A stretch of 64,000 nt of DNA, taken from NCBI RefSeq assembly GCF_006345805.1, contig NC_042999.1, forward strand, positions 56,606,001 to 56,670,000. The letters are read 5' to 3'. The stretch comes from Octopus sinensis. Lineage: Eukaryota. Below, piece by piece: positions 40,049 to 52,925 of this stretch (position 1 is the stretch's first letter; every line of letters starts with the position of its first letter). The position numbers and the translations under genes were made by a program. The notes under the pieces are model-generated. The model was not told the DNA's origin. It made no database searches and saw only the letters and a list, made by a program, of their open reading frames with translations.

Positions 40049-40082
40049 TATGTATATATGTATGAATGTATGTATGTATGCA

Positions 40083-40123
<41 letters not shown>

Positions 40124-40218
40124 TATAATAATATAATAATAATAAATATTAGGGAATAAATCCAAACTTACAGGGAAAAATCAGATTTAGGATTGAATCC
40201 AATTTTATAGTAAAATAT

Positions 40219-40442
40219 TATATTATATTAAATTAGAGACAAAACCACTATTATGCAAATCAAACAAAGAAAGACTTAAGCCAATACATAAATTAATTTA
40301 TATTATTTAGAAATGTAACAATTATTATTAATATTAATAATTGTTACATTTCTAAATAATATAAATTAATTTATGTATTGGCTTAAGTCTTTCTTTGTTT
40401 GATTTGCATAATAGTGGTTTTGTCTCTAATTTAATATAATAT

Positions 40443-40443
<1 letters not shown>
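40219..40443. repeat. Near-perfect palindrome (arms about 108 bp, loop 7 nt or less)
   Basis: 40219-40327 is the reverse complement of 40335-40443. Confidence 0.92.
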
Positions 40444-40486
<43 letters not shown>

Positions 40487-40875
40487 GGTCCCGGGTTGAT
40501 TCGGGGTTAACCACAGTAAATAAGGTACTCAATACATAGTAGAGTAAAATTAATTTATTATATATGTGTGTATGTATATGTATATATGTTTGTATGTGTG
40601 TGTATATATGTATACATATGTGCATAGGTATAAGTGAGAATCTCCTTATTTACCTAAAACTCTATTCCCTTTTTTTATATATATATTTTTATATATTTTT
40701 TTATATTTTTTTTATTTTTTTTTTTTTATTTATTCTTCTATCTAATTTAACACTGACTCCTTGACCACTCCCCCAAGTATGATATTTTGCGCTATGCCTA
40801 CCCCCAAAAAGTCCCCCACCAACACCCCTTTAAACCTGCCTAAATGTATAAATGGCAATACAATTCTTATTAACT

Positions 40876-40926
40876 AGCTTCCTGAAGATTTCTCTTGAAT
40901 GAAACAGTTCTAGTCCTGTAGAAGCT
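40876..40926 (+). ncRNA. Minimal type I hammerhead ribozyme motif
   Basis: agcttc-CTGAAGA-tttc tctt gaat-GAAA-cag ttctagtc ctg-TA-gaagct; perfect 6-bp stem I; predicted cleavage after 40920. Confidence 0.75.
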
Positions 40927-40937
40927 CCTTCTATATA

Positions 40938-40978
<41 letters not shown>

Positions 40979-41074
40979 TATATGTATATATATATATATA
41001 TATATACTATATATATATATATATATACATATATATACATATATACATGTATATATATATATACATATATATAC

Positions 41075-41105
<31 letters not shown>

Positions 41106-41179
41106 GTGTGTGTGTGTGTGTATTTATATATAAATATATATGTATGTGTGTGTGTGTGTCTATACACACATTGTTTTTA

Positions 41180-41288
41180 TTATTATTAAAGCTGCAAAAA
41201 CATCGGAAAAATATCACAAAAACTGCTACTCAGAGTTTCAACGTTTTGTGATATTTTTGTGATGTTTTTGCAGCTTTAATAATAATAA
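41180..41288. repeat. Fold-back inverted repeat
   Basis: ttattattattaaagctgcaaaaacatc...atatcacaaaa versus ttttgtgatat...gatgtttttgcagctttaataataataa. Confidence 0.8.
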
Positions 41289-41361
41289 AGCATAATACTC
41301 TACCTCCGGTATTCGAGTACTATTTATGTGCATACTTAGTTATGTATATATATACTGTTGC

Positions 41362-41616
41362 GTCTGGAGAGAGTCATACTGTTTTGGTGCCTTATAATTT
41401 AACACACTAACTGGTAAAATTTCCACTTATTTCTTTTTTATTTTTCTAAAATTTTCTTTGTCTCTTGCAACCTTTTCAATAGTTTTGAGAGTCACAACTA
41501 CTGAAAAAGTTGCAAGACGCAATGAAAATTTTAGAAAAATAAAAAAGAAATAAGTGGAAATTTTACCGGTGAGTGTTAAATTATAAGGCACCAAAACAGA
41601 ATGACTCTCCCCAGAC
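41362..41616. repeat. Long imperfect palindrome (arms about 120 bp)
   Basis: gtctggagagagtcatactgttttggtgcc... versus ...ggcaccaaaacagaatgactctccccagac. Confidence 0.9.
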
Positions 41617-41729
41617 ACTATATGCTTCAACACACGAACTCACATAAAGAATCTTGCAAACCAAATCCAAAAACGAAATACACACACACACACACATATA
41701 TATATGCAAGCACGCACACACACACATCC

Positions 41730-42319
41730 ATACCTGGGAAACGCAATCAGTGTAGACCTAAAATGAGGTTTAAGGATGGCATAAGCACTACCATGAAGTC
41801 ACTTGGAATGGATCCAAATGCCATAGAAACCATTGCTTCGGATCGAGCTGGATGGCGAACAAAACTGTGGAATGGAGTGAAAGCTTTTGAGAAGGCCAGG
41901 ATGACATATCCAGGACCCAACACAGATTTAAAGAAGATTTAAAGAAGAATATTGTGATCGAGAAGGTGAATCTCAGTGACCTTTTTGTGTGCACAGTTTG
42001 TGACAAACCATGCCTTTCTTTTGCTGGGCTCAAATCTCATTTGCGGACCTATGGAAAACGAACCTCCACCAACTACTCTATCTGTATACCTGTGCACGAG
42101 GTCTGCAAATCTAACAGAAGCCTCAAAAGACATTTTTAAGACCCACGAAGAGCAGAACTTAACTGCAGCTCTTGGTGGGCCAAATCAGATATGCAACCTG
42201 TGTGATTGTTTTTTCAATACATTGTCTGGTTTAAAAAGCAGCCACATCAGATGCCATGATGGTTCTAAGGTGTAGGTACAGGAGGTGGTCAGACTCTGCA
42301 CAAGCTGACAACCACCACC

Positions 42320-42320
<1 letters not shown>
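41730..42320 (+). mobile_element. Second RTE-type family 3' fragment with three decayed C2H2-like fingers
   Basis: RPKMRFKD...ETIASDRAGWR; FVCTVCDKPCLSFAGLKSHLR; CKSNRSLKRHF; ICNLCDCFFNTLSGLKSSHIRCH. Confidence 0.75.
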
Positions 42321-42365
<45 letters not shown>

Positions 42366-43160
42366 GTGTGCGTGCGTGCGTATGTATGTATGTATGTATG
42401 TATGTATGTATGTATGATGTATGTATGTATGTATAACGATTTGACTCAATTCCGCATGTCTTAAACTCCATGGGCGCGGTAGCCACATCCACAGCTGAAG
42501 GCCGAGTGGGAAGTCAGAGAGAACTTCAAGATGGCTTTAAGACGTTTAGAGCTCTATTGGTCAACTTAGGTCACGTGGTATTAATGCTACCAAAGCAACA
42601 CTCCTACCCTTCCCGCAGCTGCAATTGGAAATCTCGTCACATGCATCGCTTGAAGCATGCCTAATCTATCAGCAAATAGATTTTCAATGAGGCTTGACAT
42701 GGTACAGAGAGAGAAGAGGGAGAGAAAGTAGAAGAAAGATACGGAGAGAATTAACATAAGAGGTGCAGCACGAGCGCATATACTAGGCTTGGTGGCAGGT
42801 ATGTAGTAAAAGAGCGCTACATACACTCACAGCAAGAGACAAAGAATCAGAGACGGAGGAAGAGGAAGGGGAAAAGGGTGAAGAGGCACAAGAGGAGGAG
42901 AAAGAGGGGAAAGAGGAAGAGGAGGAGGTAGAAGTGAAGGAGGCAGAAGAGGGGAGGAGGAGGAGAAAATGAAAGGGTAGTGCAGTTTTTCCTTCTGAAA
43001 ATTTGTATTTGTTTCAACATTTTGTAAATGCACCAAGAAATTTGATAAAATTTGAATAACAATAATTGTGTGTATACCATATTTCCTGATATTATCCATG
43101 GCGACAAATGTATATTCCAAAAATTATTCATCATATGATGGGTAACACTCTAGTAATATT

Positions 43161-43322
43161 CTTTTCTACTCTAAGCACAAGGCCCGAAATTTTTGGGGGA
43201 AGGGGCCAATCGTTTAGATCAATCCCATTACGAAACTGATACTTAATTTATCGACCCCGAGAGGATGAAAGGTGAAGTCGACCTCGGCGGAATTTGAATT
43301 CAGAACGTAAAGACAGACGAAA
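43161..43322 (-). mobile_element. 5'-truncated Deu/Nin-like SINE with 18-bp TSD
   Basis: taacactctagtaatatt at 43143-43160 and 43323-43340. Confidence 0.88.
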
Positions 43323-43705
43323 TAACACTCTAGTAATATTATACAATTGAAAACATTAATGATGCGTTTTAAACATGGAAATACAACAAAACTGCAATCT
43401 GGCACTGCAACACGGAACAACCCTAGTGGTTCCCTCTACCATGCTTCAATGGCAATTATATGACGCTCACTGCTGGCAGACGTTTGTTATGGACTGTGTT
43501 GTAAACTTTGCTGAAACAAAACAGTCTGAAAATTCGTAAAATAAGGGTATCATTTTCTTTTTTAAGGCGTCTTGAAAATGGAATTATCTTGTCAAAAGTA
43601 GGTAGTTTCCAGGGGAAAAAGTGAAAGCGTTTCACAACAAAATGGAACTATTAAAGAACGGAAGAAAAATGGTATACTGTCGATGGCTGTTTTATTTATT
43701 TATTT

Positions 43706-44129
43706 GGATCTTTTCGGTTTGAACGGCAGTTTTTAACATAATTTCTAGGTAACTAAAAAATTAAAAACTTCGTATACTGGTAGAATGTGTTTATAAAACA
43801 TCTTTTTCTCTTGGTTTTATTGAGAAAATTCTATAGTTTGTAAGATATTTGTTGTTGTTTTTTCTTCAATTTCTGCAATTTCAACCAATCAGTGACGTCT
43901 ATTGAGTTTTAAAGCATTCTATGCCGTATGAATATGTTCCTCGTTTAAGAAACAGATTGGGTTTATTTACATTTTTGAAGAAAAAAAGATACCCTTCCCC
44001 CACCCCTAACCCTAACCCTAACCCTAAAAGAGATTGAAATGCAATAGATCGATACTAGGGTCATAATTATGGGTGACAATTTCATAATACACCGCTAGAA
44101 AAAAACTGCCGTTCAAATCGAAAAGATCC
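43706..44129. mobile_element. Second copy (opposite orientation) of the 6263 MITE, 8-bp TSD, internal (CCCTAA)4
   Basis: Same TIRs; TSD atttattt at 43698-43705 and 44130-44137. Confidence 0.9.
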
Positions 44130-46239
44130 ATTTATTTTACTTTTCGGCAACTACTTCATGAAATAAAATTTTCTCTGACGTCTTGGAATATTTGACTTTT
44201 TACTTCTAATATAACAAATGACTAAAAAGAAATTTAAGACACTGTTGGGTTGTTCGTGATAATTAAATAGCACGTAAGAAGTGAGAGATGGAGGTAAGAG
44301 GATGCATTCTAAAACATGCCCCTAACGATCAATGTTTTGCATTTCAACGTATTATTTGAAACAGTTGTATTTCACATAAGTACAACGAATAAATTGTATT
44401 GAAGAAACGTATGCGTTATCATGTGAATGAGATTTAAAGGTTTAGAATGCACAAAAATATTGTTCTGATTAATACTCTTGCGTGATATTTGTACACAGTT
44501 ATTATCAACAAAATAGAATAGGTAATAATGCTGGAAGATATTTGCATGATTATAGATATGTATGTATAACGATGATATGTAGGAATTGAAATGAGAGGAA
44601 GGAAAATGTTATAAAATGGTTGAAACGGCCCTTTATTTTCATTGCTACAGTGTAAGATACAATTTCTTCGAGTTGTAGTACAATGATTATTCGCAGTATT
44701 GATATCCATTTTGTAGGTAGTTAAATTAATCTTTTGTTGACTGCTAGAAGACTGGTGGAACAAGGAGAGAGAGGGGGAAAGAGAGAGAGGGGAGAACGAA
44801 AGAGTCTGTTTCTCCTGACTGACAAATAGACAGGGTGAAAGTTGTATTGTCGCACGATGACAATTCATTGGTAAAAGGAGACAGTTGCTCTTTGGCTCGG
44901 CACTAAGTGACAGAAGAGATAGAAGCGATTGATGGTTCCGTATTTATATTTTTTAAAACTAAATTAGGTCACGTCAGACACAGAATTTTCCGTTCCTTAT
45001 CTGCCCGGACCCTACTTAACCTAAAAATGTTAACTTAACAATAGAACTTAACTAAGTGTGACATTTGTCTCTCATAAACTTCGAAGTGCAAAAGCCGGGA
45101 ACAAGTGGAAAGGAACTAGCGGAAATGTAGATTAAGTTTCGAATCCTGGCTTAGAATCTAGGAATATATTCATTACATACGTATGTCGGTATTACAACAC
45201 AAGGTTGATTCTCTTTTGCTGAATATGATTTATAAAGTATGTTATGCAAAACAAAAAGTAAGTAAGAACGCCTTTCATAGACCTGAGTGACAGAGCTTTG
45301 TGTAACGACTGAGGTGGTTCTGTTTACAGATTCAATGCTCCATCATTTTATAATCTTGAGCAAAACTTCTGGAACCTTCGAAAATACAATTTGGTGGGAA
45401 TTCACACAACTTATTCTTTTAAGTCTTCCGCTTTTACTTGTTATATGCCAGCCAATAACTGATTGGTCGAAAACGCTCTCGTAAGTGTTCATTTCTTTTA
45501 TGGCGATATAGTTAAGTCCTCGGAGCTGGTCGTGCATTTTCTGGAAATATAACTAGGCTGTGGTTCTAAACTGGGTATATGAGCAAGATGGTTCGAATCT
45601 CGGCAGAATAGTCGGTACAGCACTGTTTTTATGCATCATTAAATTCAAATAAATTCAAATAATAAAATTAACCCATATCAATGTTAGTTCATTTATTTAC
45701 AAACCAATTATGAACAAAGACGAGAACCAAATACAGCGTTCTTAATTAATCATCGCCATTAACAATATAATAATTAACGAGTAAGTATGCAGAACAGATC
45801 GTTAAATCCAAAGTTAGCATTAAAAAAAAAAAGAAATTTTCACCAAATACGCCAATTTAATTCTTTTTTTTTTCTCAGCTTCAGAATTTTAAAAATTGTG
45901 ATTGAAACAAATATGTACAAATCTAGAATCAACAATTTCATTTCTTGCGTCGGCGAAATTTATCCTTGGATATGTGACATTTACCCCCTGGGTGTAAATT
46001 TAATCTATTTGGAAACCCAGCTGCTTTTAAGCATCCACTATGATGTTCTTATTCATTAATTAGCTCCATTAAATATTTTGCGATAACATTCCAAATTGAC
46101 GTGATCAACACGTTGCTATGAACAACCCAAGTGTATCAAATGTTAATAGAAGGAACAATTAATTGCTAATACAATACAGTTCACAATTACTTTTCGGTAA
46201 AAATTATAACCATCTTCATTGCATTCATCTCTGTTCTTA

Positions 46240-46635
46240 AGGCGGCGAGCTGGCAGAAACGTTAGCACGCCGGGCGAAATGCTTAGCGGTATTTCGTCTG
46301 CGTTACGTTCCGAGTTCAAATTCTGCCGAGGTCGACTTTGCCTTTCATCTTTCGGGGTCGATAAATTAAGTACCAGTTACGCACTGGGGTCGATATAATC
46401 GACTTAATCCGTTTGTCTGTCCTTGTTTGGCCTCTCCGTGTTTAGCCCCTTGTGGGTAATAAAGAAATAGGTATTTCGTCTACCGTTACGTTGTGAGTTC
46501 GAATTCCACCGAGGTCGACTTTGCCTTTCATCCTTTCGGGGTCGATTAAATAAGTACCAGTTACGCACTGGGGTCGATATAATCGACTTAATCCGTTTGT
46601 CTGTCCTTGTTTGTCCCCTTTGTGTGTAGCCCACA
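46240..46635 (+). mobile_element. Deu/Nin-domain-like SINE dimer
   Basis: Head plus two units. Confidence 0.88.
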
Positions 46636-46667
46636 TGAGGCTACAAACACATACACACACACACACG

Positions 46668-46736
<69 letters not shown>

Positions 46737-46836
46737 ATATAACGGGAAGGTATACGAAAATAAACAAAAGACGAAGGCAGGTGGAGTACAAAGAAACAAT
46801 GTATTAGTATGGTGCTCAGGAATAGAAATAAAACAA

Positions 46837-46876
46837 GTCTTTTACGTTTCGAGCCTACGCTCTTCGACAGAAAGAT
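46837..46876 (-). ncRNA. Variant minimal hammerhead-like motif (CUGUCGA core)
   Basis: Minus strand tcttt-CTGTCGA-a-gagc gtag gctc-GAAA-cg-TA-aaaga. Confidence 0.5.
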
Positions 46877-46931
46877 ACACAGAAAAGAAACAAAGAGAGA
46901 GAAAAAATTGCGTGTAGGGGCTAACGATCCA

Positions 46932-46982
<51 letters not shown>

Positions 46983-49455
46983 ATATGGGTGGGGGCTTCT
47001 TTCAGTTTCGCTCTTCCGAATATACTCACATGGCTTTGTACTTTCACTTTCAGGGGGCCTCTGAAAATGAAGGTGGAGTGAAAAATGGCGAAAGGCTCGA
47101 AGAGGATTTGAACTCGCGACATCGTTGTTTGATACATTTGCTAACCTATCCATTTCGCATCATTTTACTAGCTTAACCTCAATAAGCCGAAAAAGTTAAT
47201 TAACTGTGACGTTCTTCGAAAAATTATTCTCTTCAAATGACCAATATCTTAAATTATTCTTTCTGTTTCTATAGCTCAGTTATCTTCATGTGACATCTAA
47301 TATTTTAATGGAGAGATAGTAAAGAGTACTTTGATTTTGCCTCTCCTCCTCTCACTTTTCTCTCTTCCATTTTGCCTTCTCTCTTTTCTCTCGAATTCTT
47401 GTTTCTTCATAAATCCAGAAACTAATACAGTAAAATGACAGACCAACTCATCATATAAAGTACACCATTTACCATAATTCTTAACCACATTATTTCAATT
47501 GAGACAAATATTCTTTTAAAGCACGCGAACCATAAATCTACAGAATATCGAATGCCATTACATTTCAGTCATTCTGAATCAAAGGACCTTACAATTAATG
47601 AGACTTTTAACCTCAATCTGTATATTATTGTAATTACATATTTTAATTAAAAGATTCTATTAGTCTGTCGTTGTAAGTTCTAGTTTAGTCACCGCGCAGT
47701 GGTTCCTAAACATTTATAGGTCGGCGAGCTTTCATCAAATGAAGTTTTAGAAATGCATCCCTCCCATACTTTTATTCCTTCCTCACTAACTCCACTGAAG
47801 ACTATTTTAATAATTTTCCTCTATTTTTCACAGAGGTTTATATATCCATGTTCTAATCGTCGCCCATCTATAATGTGTCTTTATTTAAATATCTGCTTTC
47901 ACCGGTGCCTGTTAAATTTACGATGTTAAATTTTTATGGAAATTACTAAAGAAAGCGAAGTCTTACGTGATGAATTTACACCGAGCCTTGATTCATTATC
48001 AGTCATATTTCTGCTCACTTACAAGACAATGTTCTTCACAGAGATATTTGCGTGGACTAGTGTTCTGTCCGTTAAATTTCTAAAGAAGGTAAGGGCTTCT
48101 ATAATGAAATTATTTTGGATCTTAACACATATTCAGTCATGTTTTTGTCCACTGATAACACATTGTCGTACTCATTCCGGTCATTTTTTTTTATATGTTT
48201 AAAATATAAATTTTATATCTGGTTTAGATATGTAACTGAATATGTTGCTGTTAAAGTATTTCAACTTCATGATACAATGTAATATGCATAATAAAAAAAC
48301 AACAGAATGAAGAAAGTTATTTCCAACAGATTTTGTTTCCCTGTAAATGCGACAATAAAGTGAGTATTCAGAAGGTTGTAGCAGTCGGCTGCTTTATACA
48401 CTGGCGAAGAGACAATAACAATGATAAAGCGAGTGCACCTTTGTGTAATAACTATATCTGTTGCGAGTGTTAGGAAGAGGTTGTTTGTTAAAAATATAAA
48501 GACGCGCGAAAACGATTGTCCCCCGAATATTCTGCGCGGTTTGGTATTTATACATGTTAGAAAGCTGAATGTAGGCCGAAGAATGGGAAGTAAATTAGCT
48601 TATCTCTGTTAACCTGTATTTAACCCAAGAATATTAACTTAGATAATAGAACTTATCTAAGTTTGACGGTTGACCCTCACAAATTTCTGAGCGAAAATGC
48701 CAAGAACAATGGAAAGAAACTCGTAGGAAAGTTTAGGCTAGGGTTTCGATTCCTGGTTAAGAATCCAGGCAACAATTTGTTTCAAACAGTATACTTCTAT
48801 GAAAAGCCACAACCTATTTTAAACCTGCAGCGCTCTTTCCACACAGTATTCTTTGACGTTTTATGCACCCTTGTGAGCTGATAAACACCTCTAAAAAAAG
48901 CGCTACGTCCCAGGTTAAGGGGAAGAAAAAAAAGTGTAAAAGGAAAGTCCTTTTCGCTAAAATATGCAACACAAATAACGGGAGATCTTAACGACGAAAC
49001 ATTGCCATCCTTGTCTTAATTTTTTCTTAGCTGGTTGATCTGGTCGCAAAGGATTGTTATTCAGGCATTCGTAGGACTTCTGAAACCGGTGAGATCGATC
49101 CAGTTAACAGACATATATTGCAGTGAATCACATCACAAACATATATAAATAATGAAACAACAGAAGCCTTTCAGACCATCATCCGAAACCTCCCAAACTG
49201 CAGCCGATCTTTTTCTACTTGCAGGAAGTACTAGCCAAGTCTTCCTCGAATCGTACTTTACTGTCTTAAATATACTTTGGATGATGTCATTCCTGATATA
49301 GAAAGGAGCAGAATGGTCACGGCTAGAACACCTCTGCTCATAGGTCTGCTGGGTCAAGGTTGACTTGGGGTTAAACAGCAACAGGAGTCTTCGCTTCCTA
49401 TGCCTTTCTTTCACTGGGCTCTCAACATGTGTGTATGATGGTTAACCCTGAGATT

Positions 49456-49553
<98 letters not shown>

Positions 49554-50059
49554 CATGATTTATTTAATGATGGAGGATCTATAATCACATCGTTATTAGT
49601 GACCATCTATACGTATTTGTTTGTCTGGAAACGGTTATTTCATGGTAGTTAATTGGTTCCGTTCAGACATTTCTATATGTTTTCAATATTTTGTTTCGTT
49701 GACATACCTTTGTCTTCACATGCCATTCAAGATTAATCAGACCCAATTGGTTAATGCTCTTCTTCAGGGGAAAAAACATGAGCGTGTTGGAGAAGAAGCA
49801 CTGGTCGAGGTGGTTGTTAAAACGGATTGGACACAGAAAGGAGGGGGCTGTGATAAATAGATAAAGAGAATGAAAGGGGGGAGGTAGATAGTGAGAAAGA
49901 GATAGAGAGATTGAAAAGTTGGATGAAGATAGGGGCTAACTCTGGGGGGCATTATTTGAAGGTAATGGAAAGGACATAGGGCCGAAACTTTTGTGGTTTA
50001 CCTGGAAATACTTCTGTACTTAAAACAGGTATGTGTGTTTGGTGGAATGGAGAGGATAA

Positions 50060-50634
50060 GGTGGTGAGCTGGCAGAAACGGTAGCACGCCGGGCGAAATG
50101 CTTAGCGGTATTTCGTCTGCCGCTACGTTGTGAGTTCAAATTCCGCCGGGGTCGATTAAATAAGTACCAGTCACGCACTGAGATCGATATAATCGACTTA
50201 ATCCGTTTGTCTGTCCTTGTTTGTCCTTTCTGTGTTTGGCCCCTTGTGGGTAGTAAAAAAAATAGGTATTTCGTCTGCCGCTACGTTCTGAGTTCAAATT
50301 CCGCCGAGGTCAACTCTGCTTTTCATCCTTTCGGAGTCGATTAAATAAGTACCGGTTACGCACTGGGGTCGATGTAATCGACTTAATCCGTTTGTCTGTC
50401 CTTGTTTGTCCTCTCTGTGTTTAGCTCCTTGTGGGTAGTAAAGAAATAGGTATTTCGTCTGCCCCTACGTTCTGAGTTCAAATTCCGCCGAGGTCGACTT
50501 TGCCTTTCATCCTTTCGGGGTCGATTAAATAAGTACCAGTTACGCACTGAGGTCGATGTAATCGACTTATTCTCCTTGTCTGTCCTTGTTTGTCCCCTCT
50601 ATGTTTAGCCCCCTGTGGGCAATAAAGAAATAGG
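50060..50634 (+). mobile_element. Deu/Nin-domain-like SINE trimer
   Basis: Head plus three head-to-tail units. Confidence 0.88.
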
Positions 50635-51719
50635 AATGGTGAGGAATAGTTTTGGAAGAAATTAGCTGAGTGAAAGGAATGTGGAGTTTGGTACAAAATG
50701 AGTAACAATGGCAGAGGGTTCCTCCGCGGGAGTACTGCTTACGCAACGGTCATATTTGAGAAGTGGAAAAGAGGACGATTCTGCAAAGTTATTATAGATC
50801 CTTTTTAAAAAGAACTAATAGGATCGGCTGCAGTTTGTGCTTCGAATGATGTTTTACAAGAATCGAAATATTGAGTTTATAAAAATGGTCATTTTGTAGT
50901 TTTCTGCAAATCCTGTGGTGCAGTTATGAGTGAACCACTCGGGTTTTGTTGAGTGTTGGATGTGGAGGATGATTTCAATCATCCCCACCCTTTTTCTTTC
51001 TGATGGGTCAAGAGTGAAGTGTATTAGAACTGTTGCAGCTCTGATGGTCAGCTGCCTGAAAGTGTCGTGGGGTCCACGGGGTGGCAGTAGTCGTTGAGCA
51101 GTATTTGGATCTGGTGGTTGCTGTTTAACTCTAAGTCAGTCTTGATCAAAGGTATTCCAGCAATGACCACCATGTCTTTTAAGAGCACCTCCAACTACAC
51201 AATCCTGCTTTTCATTTAGCTCAGTTCAGTCTTAATTGAACCGACCCATGATCAAAGGTGTTCCATCCGTGACCACCCTGTATTTATGTATATTTACCGC
51301 TACATGATCAATGTGTATTTCCTTTTTTTAGTATTGTAAAGTGAGATTTGAGCGCAATTGATTTCTATTTCTAGCAAATGAAGCGACCGTGTAGAGGTCT
51401 CCAGTTTCAGTATTTCAAGAGTATTGAATATCTTATAGAATCTTGTTTGTTATCATATACAAACGAAAAAAGTAAGAAAAAACTAATTTCGTTTTAGAAG
51501 TGTCAAAGCAGCTGTCTTCTCACAACTGGATCGTTTACCGTCTTACTTTGTATATATTTAATAAGTTAATAGAAAATGTGATATACTAGTATATTACACG
51601 ACTGGCTCTAGAAATATTCTATCACCAACCAGTTATACAAATACAACAGCAGCTTTAATTACTCTTACGAACGAATACACTTTAGTGTTGCTTTAATCAT
51701 TATTCCTTCGCTGGTAATA

Positions 51720-52247
51720 CAATAATCCGTCGTAGTATCGCGGTCCACCTATCGCGGTTTATTATTTAAGCTTTCGTCGATTCCTCCGTAGTATTGTTTT
51801 GCATTTATAATAAAATAAATATCGACGGCGTTTTATCGTGTGTCCCCTAGTTTATTTGGTTTCTTCTTGACCACTTCTTCCCCTCTGTCCGTGTTTATGC
51901 CCCCGATGACTAATGAGGCCGATTCTTGCATGCAAGCGTCTGTTGCAAAGTTCGCATGGGATCTGTGGTGAAGTCTTTGGTTATTGCAGCCTCCATTTTC
52001 TTTCTTGTCGTTTCTCTTTGTTTTCCTCTGTCGTTCAGCTTCAAAACGATCTGTCATCGTGGAGATGGAATGATGCCAGCCAGGTCAGTCCTGAGCTTCA
52101 AAACAAAATAGATATATACAAATTATTAAAAAAAAAAATTATAAAAATAATTTTTTATAAATATACAGTACTGTTTTTACTTCGTGGATTTTCACCTATC
52201 GCGGTGGGTTTTGGAACGTAACACCCGCGATAGTCGAGGGATTACTG
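51720..52247. mobile_element. pogo/Tigger-type MITE
   Basis: TA-caataatccgtcgtagtatcgcgg ... ccgcgatagtcgagggattactg-TA. Confidence 0.7.
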
Positions 52248-52448
52248 TATTCACTATTAAGTAGACTGTATGAAGAAGAGAATGACCCACACTAATATCT
52301 GAATAGGTTTCATTTATTTATTTATGTACCCAACATAATTTTTTTTAGCGAACACTACTATAAATGATATTAGTTAATTTTATGAATATGAAATCCGTTT
52401 AACTGCATCACGTTTACGTTTTGATCTACAAATTATCCTATATATACT

Positions 52449-52821
52449 CGTGGCACTCCGTCGGTTACGACGACGAGGGTTCCAGTTGATCCGATCAATG
52501 GAACAGCCTGCTCGTGAAATTAACGTGCAAGTGGTTGAGCACTCCACAGACACGTGTACCCTTAACGTAGTTCTCGGGGGGAGATTCAGAGTGTGACAAG
52601 GCTGGCCCTTTGAAATACAGGTACAACAGAAACAGGAAGAAAGATTGAGAGAAAGTTGTGGTGAAAGAGTACAGCAAGGTTCGCCACCACCCCCTGCCGG
52701 TGCCTCTTGGAGCTTTAGGTGTTTTCGCTCAATAAACACTCACAACACCCGGTCTGGGGATCGAAACCACAATTCTACGACCACGAGTCCGCTGCCCTAA
52801 CCACTGGGCCATTGCGACTCC
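52449..52821 (-). mobile_element. Third tRNA-derived SINE family, apparently full length
   Basis: Minus strand tggcccagtggttagg (A box) ... ggtttcgatcccc (B box) followed by a non-tRNA body. Confidence 0.8.
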
Positions 52822-52925
52822 CTACATATACTACATTTACAGGAAAAATGTCTAGTCTTGTGAACAATATATGTAATTTATTAATGTACTAAACTACAAT
52901 TAATCACTGTTGAAATAACAATATA

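Noticed and set aside
44003-44026. (CCCTAA)4 as a chromosome end or fusion scar
   Set aside because: Internal to a MITE with intact TIRs and TSD
52740-52821. tRNA gene
   Set aside because: A and B boxes are present but there is no acceptor-stem closure or terminator; it continues into a SINE body
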